A stretch of DNA of 64,000 nucleotides from Prevotella sp. CAG:1092. GTDB lineage: Bacteria; Bacteroidota; Bacteroidia; Bacteroidales; Bacteroidaceae. Below, piece after piece: positions 9,388 to 20,453 of the stretch; the first letter of the stretch is position 1, and every line of letters starts with the position of its first letter. The stretch spans positions 60,311-124,310 of the forward strand of contig HF994128.1 in NCBI GenBank assembly GCA_000436915.1, read 5' to 3'. Both the position numbers and the translations under genes were made by a program. The notes under the pieces were generated by a model. That model worked only from the letters and a program-made list of their open reading frames with translations. It was not told where the DNA came from and did no database searches.

Positions 9388-11550
9388 ATGAGTAAGTTCG
9401 ATAGCAACAAAATAATGCCAAGATATAGTGCTATAGCTTTGGTAATGACCATGATAGCTTTCGCTGTAGTGGTTAAGGCTGGCTATATCATGACAGTAAA
9501 AAGAAGTTATTGGGAACAAGTTGCAGACAGAGTAAAGAAAGATAGCGTCAGCGTAACTCCTAAGCGAGGAAACATATTGAGTTGTGATGGCGAACTAATG
9601 GCAAGTTCATTGCCTGAGTTTATGGTATTCATGGACTTCAAACAACTCTGCGATGCCAAGAATGATAGTCTTTGGGAATCAAAGCTCGACTCTATATGCA
9701 TGGGACTAAACAGAATATTCCCAGAGAGATCGACTAAAGAATTTAAGTCGAATCTTCAAGAAGGATTTGCTAAGAAGAGTCGCCACTACCCTATATGGCG
9801 ACGTCGTATAGACTATAATACATTTACCGAGATACAGGCATTACCAATATTTAAGCTTGGTAAGTTTGCCAGCGGATTCCATTACGAGGAATTCAATGCT
9901 CGCCAACGCCCGTATGGCTCTTTGGCTCAGCGTACCTTGGGCGACATGTTCGGTGCAAAAGATACTGCACGCTGTGGTTTGGAGTTGACTTACGACTCTA
10001 TTCTGCGCGGTTCAAACGGTATTACTCATAGACGTAAGGTGCTGAACAAGTTCCTTGACATCATGGACACACCTCCTATCGATGGTGCTGATATCGTTAC
10101 CACTATTGATGTAAGCATGCAAGATTTGGCAGAGCGCAGTGTAATCAATGAGCTTAAAGAGATTAATGGTAATGTTGGTGTAGCCATTGTTATGGAAGTA
10201 GCCACAGGCGACGTAAAAGCCATAGTAAATATGGAGAAATGTGTGGATGGCAACTACCGTGAGATTAAGAACCATGCAGTGAGCGACTTGCTTGAACCTG
10301 GTTCGGTATTCAAGACAGCTTCAATATTGGTAGCTTTGGACGACGGAGTGGTTGACACTACATGTATGGTAGAAACTGGAGGTGGTGTATGGCCTATGTA
10401 TGGCAGACAGATGAAGGATCACAACTGGCGTCGTGGTGGCTATGGCACAATATCGTTGCCACGAACACTTGAGGTCAGTTCGAATATCGGTGTAAGCCGT
10501 ATCATCGACGACCACTATCACAATTGCCCAGAGAAGTTCGTCCAGGGTATATATCGCACAGGATTGGCTGCCGATTTAAAGTTGCCTTTGGTTGGCTCGT
10601 CGCCTGCAAAGATACGTATGCCTAAAAAGAATTCCCGTGGTCAATGGCTCAACTGGAGCAAGACGGCTTTGGCATGGATGAGTATTGGCTACGAGACACA
10701 GATACCTCCGATTTCAACGCTGACATTCTATAACGCTATTGCAAACAACGGAAAGATGATGCGTCCAAGATTTGTAAAACAGGTGATAAAGGATGGACAG
10801 GTGATAATGGACTTCCCACCAGAAGTGGTGAAAGGACATGAGCAAATAGCAAAGCCACAGACTATCAAAACCATGCAAACCATCTTGGAGCACGTGGTGA
10901 GTCAAGGTTTGGGAAAGAAAGCAGGCTCACCTTCATTCAAAGTTGCAGGAAAGACTGGTACAGCACAGATGTCGAAGGGTGTAGCAGGATACAAATCAGG
11001 CACGATGAACTATCTGTTGTCGTTTGCAGGTTTCTTCCCTGCTGATGCACCACGATATAGCTGTATTGTTTGTATACAGAAGAGCGGTCTACCTGCATCT
11101 GGTGGTGGTATGAGCGGTGTAGTATTCCATCATATTGCCGAAGGCATCATGGCTCAAGACTTGAAGCTTGATGTTAAAGACGCAAGGGATTCAACCAGCA
11201 TTCTTGTTCCACAGGTGAAAGATGGAAACATCCTTGCTGCCGACTATGTATTGTCTACACTTGGAATTAAGACCAACCGTAATTGGAAAGAAAACACCAA
11301 CTACACATCGCCTATATGGGGAAAGGCTCTTATCAATTCCAACTGCATTGATTTAACAAGCTATAAGCCTCAAGACAAGCGCATTATGCCTGATGTAATA
11401 GGTATGGGAGCACGAGATGCAGTATACCTCATTGAAAGTCGTGGCGTAAAATGCAAGTTGCAGGGTCGTGGCCATATTGTTAAGCAGAGCATTCCTGCAG
11501 GCAACTATATAAAGAAAGGTGAAGTATGCCTGCTAACATTAGAGAATTAA
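9388..11550 (+). CDS. ftsI: Peptidoglycan D,D-transpeptidase FtsI / PBP3 with C-terminal PASTA-like domain
   Basis: 720-aa ORF with N-terminal TM anchor, transpeptidase motifs (SVFK, SSN, KTGT), and dcw position. Confidence 0.9.
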   Translation: MSKFDSNKIMPRYSAIALVMTMIAFAVVVKAGYIMTVKRSYWEQVADRVKKDSVSVTPKRGNILSCDGELMASSLPEFMVFMDFKQLCDAKNDSLWESKLDSICMGLNRIFPERSTKEFKSNLQEGFAKKSRHYPIWRRRIDYNTFTEIQALPIFKLGKFASGFHYEEFNARQRPYGSLAQRTLGDMFGAKDTARCGLELTYDSILRGSNGITHRRKVLNKFLDIMDTPPIDGADIVTTIDVSMQDLAERSVINELKEINGNVGVAIVMEVATGDVKAIVNMEKCVDGNYREIKNHAVSDLLEPGSVFKTASILVALDDGVVDTTCMVETGGGVWPMYGRQMKDHNWRRGGYGTISLPRTLEVSSNIGVSRIIDDHYHNCPEKFVQGIYRTGLAADLKLPLVGSSPAKIRMPKKNSRGQWLNWSKTALAWMSIGYETQIPPISTLTFYNAIANNGKMMRPRFVKQVIKDGQVIMDFPPEVVKGHEQIAKPQTIKTMQTILEHVVSQGLGKKAGSPSFKVAGKTGTAQMSKGVAGYKSGTMNYLLSFAGFFPADAPRYSCIVCIQKSGLPASGGGMSGVVFHHIAEGIMAQDLKLDVKDARDSTSILVPQVKDGNILAADYVLSTLGIKTNRNWKENTNYTSPIWGKALINSNCIDLTSYKPQDKRIMPDVIGMGARDAVYLIESRGVKCKLQGRGHIVKQSIPAGNYIKKGEVCLLTLEN

Positions 11551-11579
11551 AAAAACTCACGAATAAAAACATATATATC

Positions 11580-13031
11580 ATGAAAATAAAGGAGTTGTTG
11601 AAAAACATCAAACCTCTGGAGATAGTCGGAGATGTTGATGTAGACATTACAGGTGTGAACATAGACTCACGCCGTATCGAAAACGGCCATTTGTTTGTTG
11701 CCATGAAAGGCACACAGGTAGATGGACACAAATTTATTGGCAAGGCTATAGAACTTGGTGCTAAGGCTGTGCTTTGCGAAGATATGCCTACAGAGAAATC
11801 TGAGAATGTAACATATATAAAGGTTACTTCTACCGAAGAGTGTGTAGGACCTGTTGCAACAGTATTCTATGGCGACCCTTCGAAGAAGCTCAAGTTGGTT
11901 GGCGTAACAGGTACTAATGGTAAGACCACCATTGCCACCTTATTATATAATATGTTTAGAAAGATGGGACACAAGTGCGGTTTGCTATCAACGGTATGCA
12001 ACTATATCGAAGACGAGGCTATACCTGCAGACCATACTACTCCTGACCCTATAGAACTCAACTTACTGTTGCACAAGATGGTAGAGGCAGGATGCGAATA
12101 TGCATTCATGGAGTGTTCAAGTCATGCGATAGCTCAAAAGCGTATCGGTGGTTTGCAATTCGCTGGCGGTATATTCACCAACCTTACTCGCGACCACCTT
12201 GACTACCATAAGACATTCGAGAACTATCGCAATGCCAAGAAAGCATTCTTCGATATGTTGCCAAAGACAGCCTTTGCTATAACCAATGCCGACGACAAAA
12301 ATGGCATGGTGATGGTTCAGAACACTAAGGCGCAGATAAAGACCTACTCTACTCGTCAGATGGCTGACTTCAAGGCACAAATCATAGAATGTCATTTCGA
12401 AGGTATGTATCTTGATATCGATGGACATGAAGTTGGTGTACAGTTCATCGGAAAGTTCAATGTCAGCAACCTGCTTGCAGTATATGGTGCAGCTCGCATG
12501 CTCGGCAAGAGTGCAGAGGATATATTGTTGGTGATGAGCACTTTGAAGAGTGTAAGCGGAAGATTGGAACCTATACGCTCACCACAAGGATTTACCGCTA
12601 TTGTTGACTATGCTCATACTCCTGATGCTCTTGAGAATGTGCTCAACGCTATTCATGAAGTGTTGGATGGTAAGGGATCGGTGATAACAGTTTGTGGAGC
12701 TGGCGGCAACCGTGATAAGGGTAAACGTCCATTGATGGCACAAGAGGCTGTAAAGCAAAGCGACAAGGTAATCATCACAAGCGATAACCCACGCTTTGAA
12801 GAGCCACAGGATATCATCAATGACATGTTGGCAGGATTAACTCCACAGCAGATGAAGAAGGTTATCTCTATAGTCGACCGCAAAGAGGCTATCCGCACAG
12901 CTTGCATGTTGGCAAAGAAGGGCGACGTGGTGTTGGTTGCTGGTAAAGGTCATGAAGACTATCAAGAGATAAAGGGTGTGAAACATCATTTCGACGACAG
13001 AGAGATACTGCGCGGAATATTTGCAGAATAA
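11580..13031 (+). CDS. murE: UDP-N-acetylmuramoyl-L-alanyl-D-glutamate--2,6-diaminopimelate ligase MurE
   Basis: Mur ligase motifs ([14 protein letters not shown]). The ORF track starts at 11526 overlapping ftsI. The internal ATG at 11580 (MKIKELL…) is preferred. Confidence 0.88.
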   Translation: MKIKELLKNIKPLEIVGDVDVDITGVNIDSRRIENGHLFVAMKGTQVDGHKFIGKAIELGAKAVLCEDMPTEKSENVTYIKVTSTEECVGPVATVFYGDPSKKLKLVGVTGTNGKTTIATLLYNMFRKMGHKCGLLSTVCNYIEDEAIPADHTTPDPIELNLLLHKMVEAGCEYAFMECSSHAIAQKRIGGLQFAGGIFTNLTRDHLDYHKTFENYRNAKKAFFDMLPKTAFAITNADDKNGMVMVQNTKAQIKTYSTRQMADFKAQIIECHFEGMYLDIDGHEVGVQFIGKFNVSNLLAVYGAARMLGKSAEDILLVMSTLKSVSGRLEPIRSPQGFTAIVDYAHTPDALENVLNAIHEVLDGKGSVITVCGAGGNRDKGKRPLMAQEAVKQSDKVIITSDNPRFEEPQDIINDMLAGLTPQQMKKVISIVDRKEAIRTACMLAKKGDVVLVAGKGHEDYQEIKGVKHHFDDREILRGIFAE

Positions 13032-13047
13032 ACAATAACTTCAAGAA

Positions 13048-14316
13048 ATGTTATACTATCTTTTCAGATTTTTGGAAGAATACGGAATCTCTGGCTCACA
13101 TATGTGGGGCTACATTTCGTTTCGTGCATTGCTGGCGCTGATATTCTCATTGGTAATATCTGCATGGTTTGGCGAGAAATTTATTAAATATCTCAAGAGT
13201 AAGCAAATTACTGAAACTCAGCGTGATGCGAGTATCGACCCATTCGGCACAAAGAAGATTGGGGTGCCTTCTATGGGTGGTATCATCATCATTGTATCTA
13301 TTCTCATCCCTGTATTATTGCTCGGACGACTCAGAAACATCTACCTATTGCTGATGATTATCACCACAGTATGGCTTGGCTTCCTTGGTGGAATGGACGA
13401 TTTCATCAAGATATTCCGTCGTAACAAGGAAGGATTGAAAGGTCGCTATAAGATTGTTGGCCAGGTAGGTATCGGTCTCATCGTTGGTTTGGTGCTATGG
13501 ATGTCGCCAGATGTCAAGATGAGAGAGAATCTTGCTATCGAGCAGCAGGGCCAGGAAATGGTGATTACTCATCAGCCTATTGCCCAAAAATCTCTGAAGA
13601 CCACAATACCATTTCTAAAGGAACACAACCTCGACTACTCCAACCTGGTATCTTTCTGCGGCAAGTATAAGACTGCTGCAGGATGGATTTTGTTTGTGAT
13701 AATGACCATATTTGTTGTCACAGCAGTTAGCAATGGTGCCAACCTCAACGATGGTATGGACGGAATGTGTGCAGGAAACTCAGCAGTGATAGGTGTGGCA
13801 TTGGGAATATTGGCTTACGTAAGTTCGCATATAGAATTTGCCCAATATCTTAATATAATGTATATTCCTGACAGCCAAGAGCTTGTGGTATTCATGTGTG
13901 CCTTTGTTGGTGCGCTCATTGGTTTTCTATGGTATAATGCTTATCCTGCCCAAGTATTTATGGGCGATACTGGTTCGCTAACCATCGGAGGAATCATAGC
14001 GGTATGTGCCATCATCATCCACAAGGAGTTGATGTTGCCTATACTCTGCGGTATATTCTTTGTAGAGAGCCTGAGCGTTATGATACAGGTTTGGTATTAC
14101 AAGATGGGAAAACGCAAAGGCATAAAGCAACGTGTATTTAAGCGCACTCCTATACACGACAACTTCAGAACCACCGATAACCAACTTGATCCTGATTGTC
14201 GATACTTGATAAAGGCGCCTCATTCTGCAAAGCATGAGACAAAGATTACTATCAGATTCTGGATAATCTCTATTATTCTTGCCGCACTAACTATCATCAC
14301 CTTGAAGATAAGATAG
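13048..14316 (+). CDS. mraY: Phospho-N-acetylmuramoyl-pentapeptide transferase MraY
   Basis: 422-aa polytopic membrane protein with MraY motifs (NLNDGMDG, FMGDTGS). Confidence 0.9.
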   Translation: MLYYLFRFLEEYGISGSHMWGYISFRALLALIFSLVISAWFGEKFIKYLKSKQITETQRDASIDPFGTKKIGVPSMGGIIIIVSILIPVLLLGRLRNIYLLLMIITTVWLGFLGGMDDFIKIFRRNKEGLKGRYKIVGQVGIGLIVGLVLWMSPDVKMRENLAIEQQGQEMVITHQPIAQKSLKTTIPFLKEHNLDYSNLVSFCGKYKTAAGWILFVIMTIFVVTAVSNGANLNDGMDGMCAGNSAVIGVALGILAYVSSHIEFAQYLNIMYIPDSQELVVFMCAFVGALIGFLWYNAYPAQVFMGDTGSLTIGGIIAVCAIIIHKELMLPILCGIFFVESLSVMIQVWYYKMGKRKGIKQRVFKRTPIHDNFRTTDNQLDPDCRYLIKAPHSAKHETKITIRFWIISIILAALTIITLKIR

Positions 14317-14363
14317 TGGACAAAGACCAACATTTATAATTTGTCAACTAAAAGGAAAAGAAA

Positions 14364-15695
14364 ATGAAAAGGATTGTTATTTTAGGAGCTGGCGAGAGCG
14401 GTGCTGGAGCTGCAGTGTTGGCTAAAAAGGAAGGTTTCGATGTATTTGTTTCGGATATGTCGAAAATCAACGATAAATATAAGAAGATGCTCGACGACCA
14501 CAATATCGAGTGGGAAGAGGGTCATCATACAGAGGAAAAGATTCTCAACGCTTCAGAGATCGTCAAGAGCCCTGGTATTCCTAAAGAGGCTCCTATGATT
14601 AAGAAGGTTATGGAAAAAGGTATTCATATCATCAGCGAGATAGAGTTTGCAAGCAGATATACAAACTCAAAGATGGTGTGCATCACAGGTAGTAATGGTA
14701 AGACCACTACCACATCTCTTATATATCATATCTTCAAGGAGGCTGGATATGATGCAGGCTTGGCTGGCAACATCGGCAAGAGCTTGGCTCTACAGGTGGC
14801 AGAAGATCCACACGAATACTATATCATTGAGCTTAGCTCATTCCAGTTGGACAACATGTACGACTTCCATGCCAACATCGCAATCTTGCTCAACATCACT
14901 CCGGACCATCTCGACCGCTATGACTTCTGCATGCAGAACTATGTAGACGCAAAGATGAGAATCATTCAGAACCAGACAGAAAATGATAGCTTCATCTACT
15001 GGAACGACGATCCTATCATCAAGAAAGAGCTTGAGAAATATGATATCAAAGCTATAGTATTCCCATTCTCTGAACTAAAAGAGAACGGCTCTATCGGCTA
15101 CATAGAAGAGGGCAAATATATTATTGAGAAGCCTACTCCTTTCAACATGGAGCAGGAAGAGCTCTCGCTATCAGGCAAGCACAACATATATAACTCTTTG
15201 GCTGCTGGTATTGCTACCAATATCGCAGGTATAAAGAAAGAGGTGATAAGAAAGAGCCTTAGCGACTTCCCTGGTGTAGAACACCGTTTGGAGAAAGTAA
15301 CAAAGGTAGGCGGAGTGCAATATATCAACGACTCAAAGGCTACCAACGTAGATGCTTGCTGGTATGCTTTAGAGAGCATGAAGACACCAACAATCCTCAT
15401 CGTTGGTGGTAAAGACAAGGGCAACGACTACGATGCTATCAAACCATTGGTGAAAGAAAAATGCGTAGGCTTAGTATATCTTGGAGCTGACAACAAAAAG
15501 CTCCACGACAACTTCGACAATATGGGCATTCCTGTTAGAGACACCCACTCTATGAAAGAATGTGTACAGGCTTGCTACGAGATGGCAAAACCTGGCGACA
15601 CTGTATTGTTAAGCCCTTGTTGCGCAAGCTTCGACCTCTTTAAGAACATGGAAGATCGCGGAGAACAATTCAAAACATTAGTAAGAAATCTATAA
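14364..15695 (+). CDS. murD: UDP-N-acetylmuramoylalanine--D-glutamate ligase MurD
   Basis: 443-aa ORF, Mur ligase P-loop (ITGSNGKTTTT), dcw position. Confidence 0.9.
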   Translation: MKRIVILGAGESGAGAAVLAKKEGFDVFVSDMSKINDKYKKMLDDHNIEWEEGHHTEEKILNASEIVKSPGIPKEAPMIKKVMEKGIHIISEIEFASRYTNSKMVCITGSNGKTTTTSLIYHIFKEAGYDAGLAGNIGKSLALQVAEDPHEYYIIELSSFQLDNMYDFHANIAILLNITPDHLDRYDFCMQNYVDAKMRIIQNQTENDSFIYWNDDPIIKKELEKYDIKAIVFPFSELKENGSIGYIEEGKYIIEKPTPFNMEQEELSLSGKHNIYNSLAAGIATNIAGIKKEVIRKSLSDFPGVEHRLEKVTKVGGVQYINDSKATNVDACWYALESMKTPTILIVGGKDKGNDYDAIKPLVKEKCVGLVYLGADNKKLHDNFDNMGIPVRDTHSMKECVQACYEMAKPGDTVLLSPCCASFDLFKNMEDRGEQFKTLVRNL

Positions 15696-15731
15696 GTATC
15701 ATAATACAACAACATACCCCAACCAATAAAA

Positions 15732-17012
15732 ATGAATAGCAAAACGCTAAGCAACATATTCAAAGGCGACAAGGTGATATGGATGGTATTCTTCTTCTTG
15801 TGTGTCATCAGCGTCATCGAGGTATTCTCAGCCTCGTCGGAGCTGACATACAAGGGAGGAAACTACATGGCACCAATATTAAGACACATAGGCCTGCTAT
15901 TTCTCGGCATTGCAAGTATGGTGGTAACTCTTAACATACAATGTAAGTATTTTAAGATCATCACTCCATTCTTGCTATTGGGGTCTATATTGCTGTTGTT
16001 GATAGTATGGGTAACAGGCAACGCCACTAATGGAGCATCAAGATGGATTGGTATCATGGGATTCCAATTCCAGCCTTCCGAATTTGCAAAAGGAGCTTTG
16101 GTATTGGCTACAGCTCAGATACTTAGCGCCATGCAAACAGAGAATGGTGCCGACAAGCATGCTTTAAAATACATACTGCTCATCTGCGGAGCAGTAATAC
16201 CACTAATCTTGGTAGAGAACTTCTCTACAGCTGCCCTATTGTCGGCAGTGGTATTCATGATGATGATAATTGGACGAGTGCCTGGCAAGCAATTAGGTAT
16301 AATCTTGGCATTTGTTGTTGGATTAATGGCCTTTGCCTTATCAGTAATTTGGATTACAGGTACCGACCAGTCGGAGTTAGAAAACAAGAATGCACTGACA
16401 GAGCAAGTAGACAAAGCGAACGAAAATGCTGGCAAAGACAAAAAGATATTGCACCGTATGGACACATGGAAGTCAAGAATAAACAAATTCTTGGCTCATA
16501 AAGATGTTCCGCCTTCAGAAGTCGACCTTGACAAAGATGCACAGGTGGCACATGCCAATATAGCTATCGCTACATCAAACGGATATGGTAAAGGGCCGGG
16601 CAATTCTGTAGAACGCGACTTCCTATCACAGGCTTTCTCCGACTTTATCTTTGCCATAATCATTGAGGAGATGGGAATTGAAGGCGCCATAGCTGTGGCT
16701 TTTCTATATATCATCTTGCTATTCCGTACAGGCAAGATAGCCCGACGATGCGAGAACAACTTCCCTGCCCTATTGGCTATGGGCTTAGCCCTGTTGCTTG
16801 TAACACAGGCGTTGTTCAACATGTGCGTAGCTGTTGGATTGGCTCCTGTCACAGGTCAGCCTTTACCTCTGATAAGCCGTGGAGGAACATCAACCATCAT
16901 AAACTGCATCTATATAGGTGTAATTCTTAGCATAAGTCGTTCTGCAAAGAAGAAAGGAAACAACGACGACATAACAAAGAAACCTACAGTGGCAACTGCT
17001 ATCACAAAATAA
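15732..17012 (+). CDS. ftsW: SEDS-family peptidoglycan glycosyltransferase FtsW
   Basis: 426-aa polytopic membrane protein with SEDS motifs (…QPSEFAK…, PLISRGGTS), dcw position. Confidence 0.88.
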   Translation: MNSKTLSNIFKGDKVIWMVFFFLCVISVIEVFSASSELTYKGGNYMAPILRHIGLLFLGIASMVVTLNIQCKYFKIITPFLLLGSILLLLIVWVTGNATNGASRWIGIMGFQFQPSEFAKGALVLATAQILSAMQTENGADKHALKYILLICGAVIPLILVENFSTAALLSAVVFMMMIIGRVPGKQLGIILAFVVGLMAFALSVIWITGTDQSELENKNALTEQVDKANENAGKDKKILHRMDTWKSRINKFLAHKDVPPSEVDLDKDAQVAHANIAIATSNGYGKGPGNSVERDFLSQAFSDFIFAIIIEEMGIEGAIAVAFLYIILLFRTGKIARRCENNFPALLAMGLALLLVTQALFNMCVAVGLAPVTGQPLPLISRGGTSTIINCIYIGVILSISRSAKKKGNNDDITKKPTVATAITK

Positions 17013-17078
17013 TCACAATAAAAATAGCACATAATAAAAATTTTGATTACTTTTGCAAAAACATAAAAGCATAATAAA

Positions 17079-18191
17079 ATGGACAGCAATTTAAGAATTA
17101 TCATAAGTGGTGGAGGCACAGGAGGACACATCTTTCCAGCCATCTCTATTGCTAACGCCATTAAGGCAAAACACCCTGATGCTCAGATTCTTTTCGTTGG
17201 AGCTTTAGGACGTATGGAAATGCAGCGCGTTCCTGCAGCAGGCTACGAGATAAAGGGTTTGCCTATATGCGGTTTCGACAGGAAGCATCTGCTAAAAAAC
17301 ATCGCAGTACTCTTCAAGATATGGAAGAGCCAACACATGGCTAAGAAGATTATCAAAGACTTCAAGCCTATGGCAGCAGTAGGCGTAGGTGGATATGCCA
17401 GCGGTCCTACTCTCAACCAATGTGCAGCTATGGGAATACCTTGCTTGATTCAGGAGCAAAACTCTTACGCAGGTGTAACCAACAAGTTGTTGGCAAAAAA
17501 GGCGAGCAAGATATGCGTAGCCTACGAGGGTATGGATAGATTCTTCCCTGCCGACAAGATTATAATGACAGGCAACCCTGTAAGACAGAATGTTCTTCAG
17601 ACAGAAATAACAAAAGAAGAAGCACGAAAGGCTTTCGGACTCGAACCTGACAAGAAAACCATCCTCGTGGTAGGCGGAAGTCTTGGAGCAAGAACTGTAA
17701 ACGAAAGTATCATCAACCATCTCGACATGGTAGAGAATGCTGACGTACAGATAATATGGCAGACAGGTAAATACTACAACAAAGCCATAATGGACACCTT
17801 GGCACAGCATAAGCCAATAAAGAACCTTAAGGTTATGGACTTCATCAGCGACATGGGTGCTGCCTACAAGGCTGCCGACTTGGTGATAAGTCGCGCTGGA
17901 GCAAGTTCTATCAGCGAATTCTGCTTGATAGGCAAACCTGTAATCTTGGTTCCAAGTCCAAATGTTGCAGAAGACCATCAAACAAAAAATGCTTTGGCAT
18001 TGGTAAACAAGGATGCTGCACTATATGTAAAAGACATAGAGGCTCCAGACACATTGTTAAACACTGCGCTAAAGACTGTTAACGACGAGGCAAAGTTGGC
18101 TTCACTCAGTGAGAACATAAAGAAGTTGGGACTCAAGAACTCTGCCGACGTCATTGCCGACGAAGTTATAAAGCTTGCAACTGGTAAATAA
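17079..18191 (+). CDS. murG: UDP-GlcNAc--undecaprenyl-PP-MurNAc-pentapeptide GlcNAc transferase MurG
   Basis: 370-aa ORF. N-terminal GGGTGGHIFPA motif of MurG (GT28). Confidence 0.9.
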   Translation: MDSNLRIIISGGGTGGHIFPAISIANAIKAKHPDAQILFVGALGRMEMQRVPAAGYEIKGLPICGFDRKHLLKNIAVLFKIWKSQHMAKKIIKDFKPMAAVGVGGYASGPTLNQCAAMGIPCLIQEQNSYAGVTNKLLAKKASKICVAYEGMDRFFPADKIIMTGNPVRQNVLQTEITKEEARKAFGLEPDKKTILVVGGSLGARTVNESIINHLDMVENADVQIIWQTGKYYNKAIMDTLAQHKPIKNLKVMDFISDMGAAYKAADLVISRAGASSISEFCLIGKPVILVPSPNVAEDHQTKNALALVNKDAALYVKDIEAPDTLLNTALKTVNDEAKLASLSENIKKLGLKNSADVIADEVIKLATGK

Positions 18192-18253
18192 AAAAAAGAA
18201 TTAAGAGATGAAATCAAAGAATGTCATCTACATATAATTTGAAGTAACAAACA

Positions 18254-19633
18254 ATGGAAATTAAAGATATCAAGGCTGTTTATTTTGTTGGCGCAGGCGG
18301 CATAGGCATGAGCGCAATTGCGAGATATTTCATTCATAGAGGCATTGTGGTTGCCGGATACGATAAGACACCATCCAATCTCACCAAGCAACTGGAGAAA
18401 GAGGGTATGCTAATACACTACACAGAAGACGTAACGGAGATTCCTCATGCTTGCAAAGATCCAAAGACTTGCCTTGTGATATATACTCCTGCCATTCCTG
18501 CAGAACACAAGGAACTAATATTCTTCCGTGAAGGCGGATTCGAAATACAAAAGAGAGCTCAAGTGCTTGGTACATTGACACGCACTCACAAGGGACTATG
18601 CGTAGCAGGAACTCACGGCAAAACCACCACATCTACTATGTGTGCTCACATAATGCATCAAAGTAGTGTTGACTGCAATGCTTTCCTTGGCGGTATATCA
18701 AAGAATTATGGCACTAACTATATTCTTTCCGACAGTAGCGACTATGTAGTGATAGAAGCTGATGAGTTCGACCGCTCATTCCATTGGTTAAGACCATGGA
18801 TGAGTGTGATAACAGCTACAGACCCTGACCATCTCGACATCTATGGCACCAAAGAAGCTTATCTCGAAAGCTTCCGTCACTATACAGAGTTGATACAACC
18901 AGGCGGCGCTTTAATCATACATACAGGTCTTGAGATGAAGCCTAACGTGCAAGAAGGAGTTAAGGTATACGAATACTCTATTGATAAAGGCGATTTCCAT
19001 GCAGAGAACATAAAGATTGATAATGGCAACATAACCTTCGACTTTATTTCTCCTATAGAATGTGTTAAGAATGTAGAGCTCGGCAACCCTGTACCTATCA
19101 ACATCTTAAATGGTGTAGCTGCTATGGCTATGGCTCAGCTCAACGGATGTTCAGCAGAAGAACTAAGATACGGCATGGCTACATATCGTGGCGTAGACCG
19201 TCGATTCGACTTCGCCATCAAAAACGACCGTCATGTGCTGATATCCGACTACGCTCATCATCCAAAGGAAATATTCCAGAGTGCAAAGAGTATAAAGCAA
19301 CTATATAGCAACAGAAAGATTACCGCAATATTCCAACCTCACCTCTATACTCGCACTCGCGACTTCTATAAGGATTTTGCTGATGCATTAAGTCAGCTTG
19401 ATGAGGTAATACTATGCGATATCTATCCTGCTCGCGAACAGCCAATACCAGGCGTAACAAGCAAACTAATATATGACAATCTCGCTGAAGGTGTAGAAAA
19501 GAGCATGGTGAAGACAGATGAGGTTCTCAACCTCGTAAAGAGCCGTGACTTTGATGTTCTTGTAATACTTGGAGCAGGCGACTTGGATAATCAAGTTCCT
19601 AAGATAGCAAAAATACTCGAAAGTAAAAAATGA
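18254..19633 (+). CDS. murC: UDP-N-acetylmuramate--L-alanine ligase MurC
   Basis: 459-aa ORF. GxGGxGMS and GTHGKTTT motifs. Confidence 0.9.
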   Translation: MEIKDIKAVYFVGAGGIGMSAIARYFIHRGIVVAGYDKTPSNLTKQLEKEGMLIHYTEDVTEIPHACKDPKTCLVIYTPAIPAEHKELIFFREGGFEIQKRAQVLGTLTRTHKGLCVAGTHGKTTTSTMCAHIMHQSSVDCNAFLGGISKNYGTNYILSDSSDYVVIEADEFDRSFHWLRPWMSVITATDPDHLDIYGTKEAYLESFRHYTELIQPGGALIIHTGLEMKPNVQEGVKVYEYSIDKGDFHAENIKIDNGNITFDFISPIECVKNVELGNPVPINILNGVAAMAMAQLNGCSAEELRYGMATYRGVDRRFDFAIKNDRHVLISDYAHHPKEIFQSAKSIKQLYSNRKITAIFQPHLYTRTRDFYKDFADALSQLDEVILCDIYPAREQPIPGVTSKLIYDNLAEGVEKSMVKTDEVLNLVKSRDFDVLVILGAGDLDNQVPKIAKILESKK

Positions 19634-20427
19634 AACTAAATTTGAAAAAAACAGGACTTGTCGTTATGGACATTGTTCTTGGAGCATACCTGATATTGGC
19701 TTTCACCGCGTTCAATAAACCCGATGAAAAGTCAAAGATGTGCACCAAGGTAAACATCAATATCCAAGACGAGAGCACCAATGGTTTCATCAACGCCAAA
19801 GAGATAAAAAACAGACTGGAAAAACAGCACCAATACCCACTGTCGAAAAAGATGATTGACATCAACACCCGACAGATAGAAGAAAGCCTTAAGCGATCTG
19901 CTTTCGTAAAAACAGCAGAATGCTACAAGACACAAGATGGTACTGTATGTATAACACTTACCCAGCGTATGCCTATTGTGAGGATAAAGTCTGTGAATGG
20001 CGATGACTACTACGTAGACGACAAAAACAGTATCATGCCAAACTCACATTACACCTCAGACCTCATTATCGCTACAGGCTATGTGTCAAGGGCTTATGCA
20101 CAAAACTATATAGCACATTTAGCAAATACTCTAATGGAAAACGACTTCTGGAAAAACCAGATTGAGCAGATCAACGTTACTCCAGACTACGGAATAGAGT
20201 TAGTGCCACGTGTAGGCAACCATATTGTATATATAGGACAATTACCAAAGTGCACCGATAAGAACAAAAGAGGAGAAGAAATTAAAACCTTCGTTGACAA
20301 GAAATTGAATCGATTAAGAAAATTCTACCTTTATGGACTTTCACAGGCAGGCTGGAACAAATACTCATACATAAATCTGGAATTTGACAACCAGATAATA
20401 TGCAAGAAAAGAAGTAAAAATCTGTAA
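19630..20427 (+). CDS. ftsQ: Cell division protein FtsQ-like (bitopic, POTRA-like)
   Basis: 265-aa ORF overlapping the murC stop. Single N-terminal TM helix. Sits between murC and ftsA. Confidence 0.7.
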   Translation: MKLNLKKTGLVVMDIVLGAYLILAFTAFNKPDEKSKMCTKVNINIQDESTNGFINAKEIKNRLEKQHQYPLSKKMIDINTRQIEESLKRSAFVKTAECYKTQDGTVCITLTQRMPIVRIKSVNGDDYYVDDKNSIMPNSHYTSDLIIATGYVSRAYAQNYIAHLANTLMENDFWKNQIEQINVTPDYGIELVPRVGNHIVYIGQLPKCTDKNKRGEEIKTFVDKKLNRLRKFYLYGLSQAGWNKYSYINLEFDNQIICKKRSKNL

Positions 20428-20453
20428 CCCGAACCGAAAACGTAATATAGTGT

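Noticed and set aside
11526-11579. Upstream extension of murE ([18 protein letters not shown]) overlapping the end of ftsI
   Set aside because: Typical MurE N-terminus begins at the internal Met ([18 protein letters not shown]…). The extension is probably ORF-finder read-through, though a 25-nt overlap cannot be excluded.
17292-17981. 229-aa minus-strand ORF inside murG; similar long antisense ORFs at 21833-22564 (ftsZ), 32915-33913 (gpmI), 40902-41429 (S46 peptidase), 44400-45122 and 46143-46784 (1412-aa gene), 54479-55069 (CPBP), 60445-61167 (TonB receptor), 372-800 (dut)
   Set aside because: All lie entirely within well-supported genes on the opposite strand and have Cys/Leu/Ser-rich, motif-free translations. 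Shadow ORFs.
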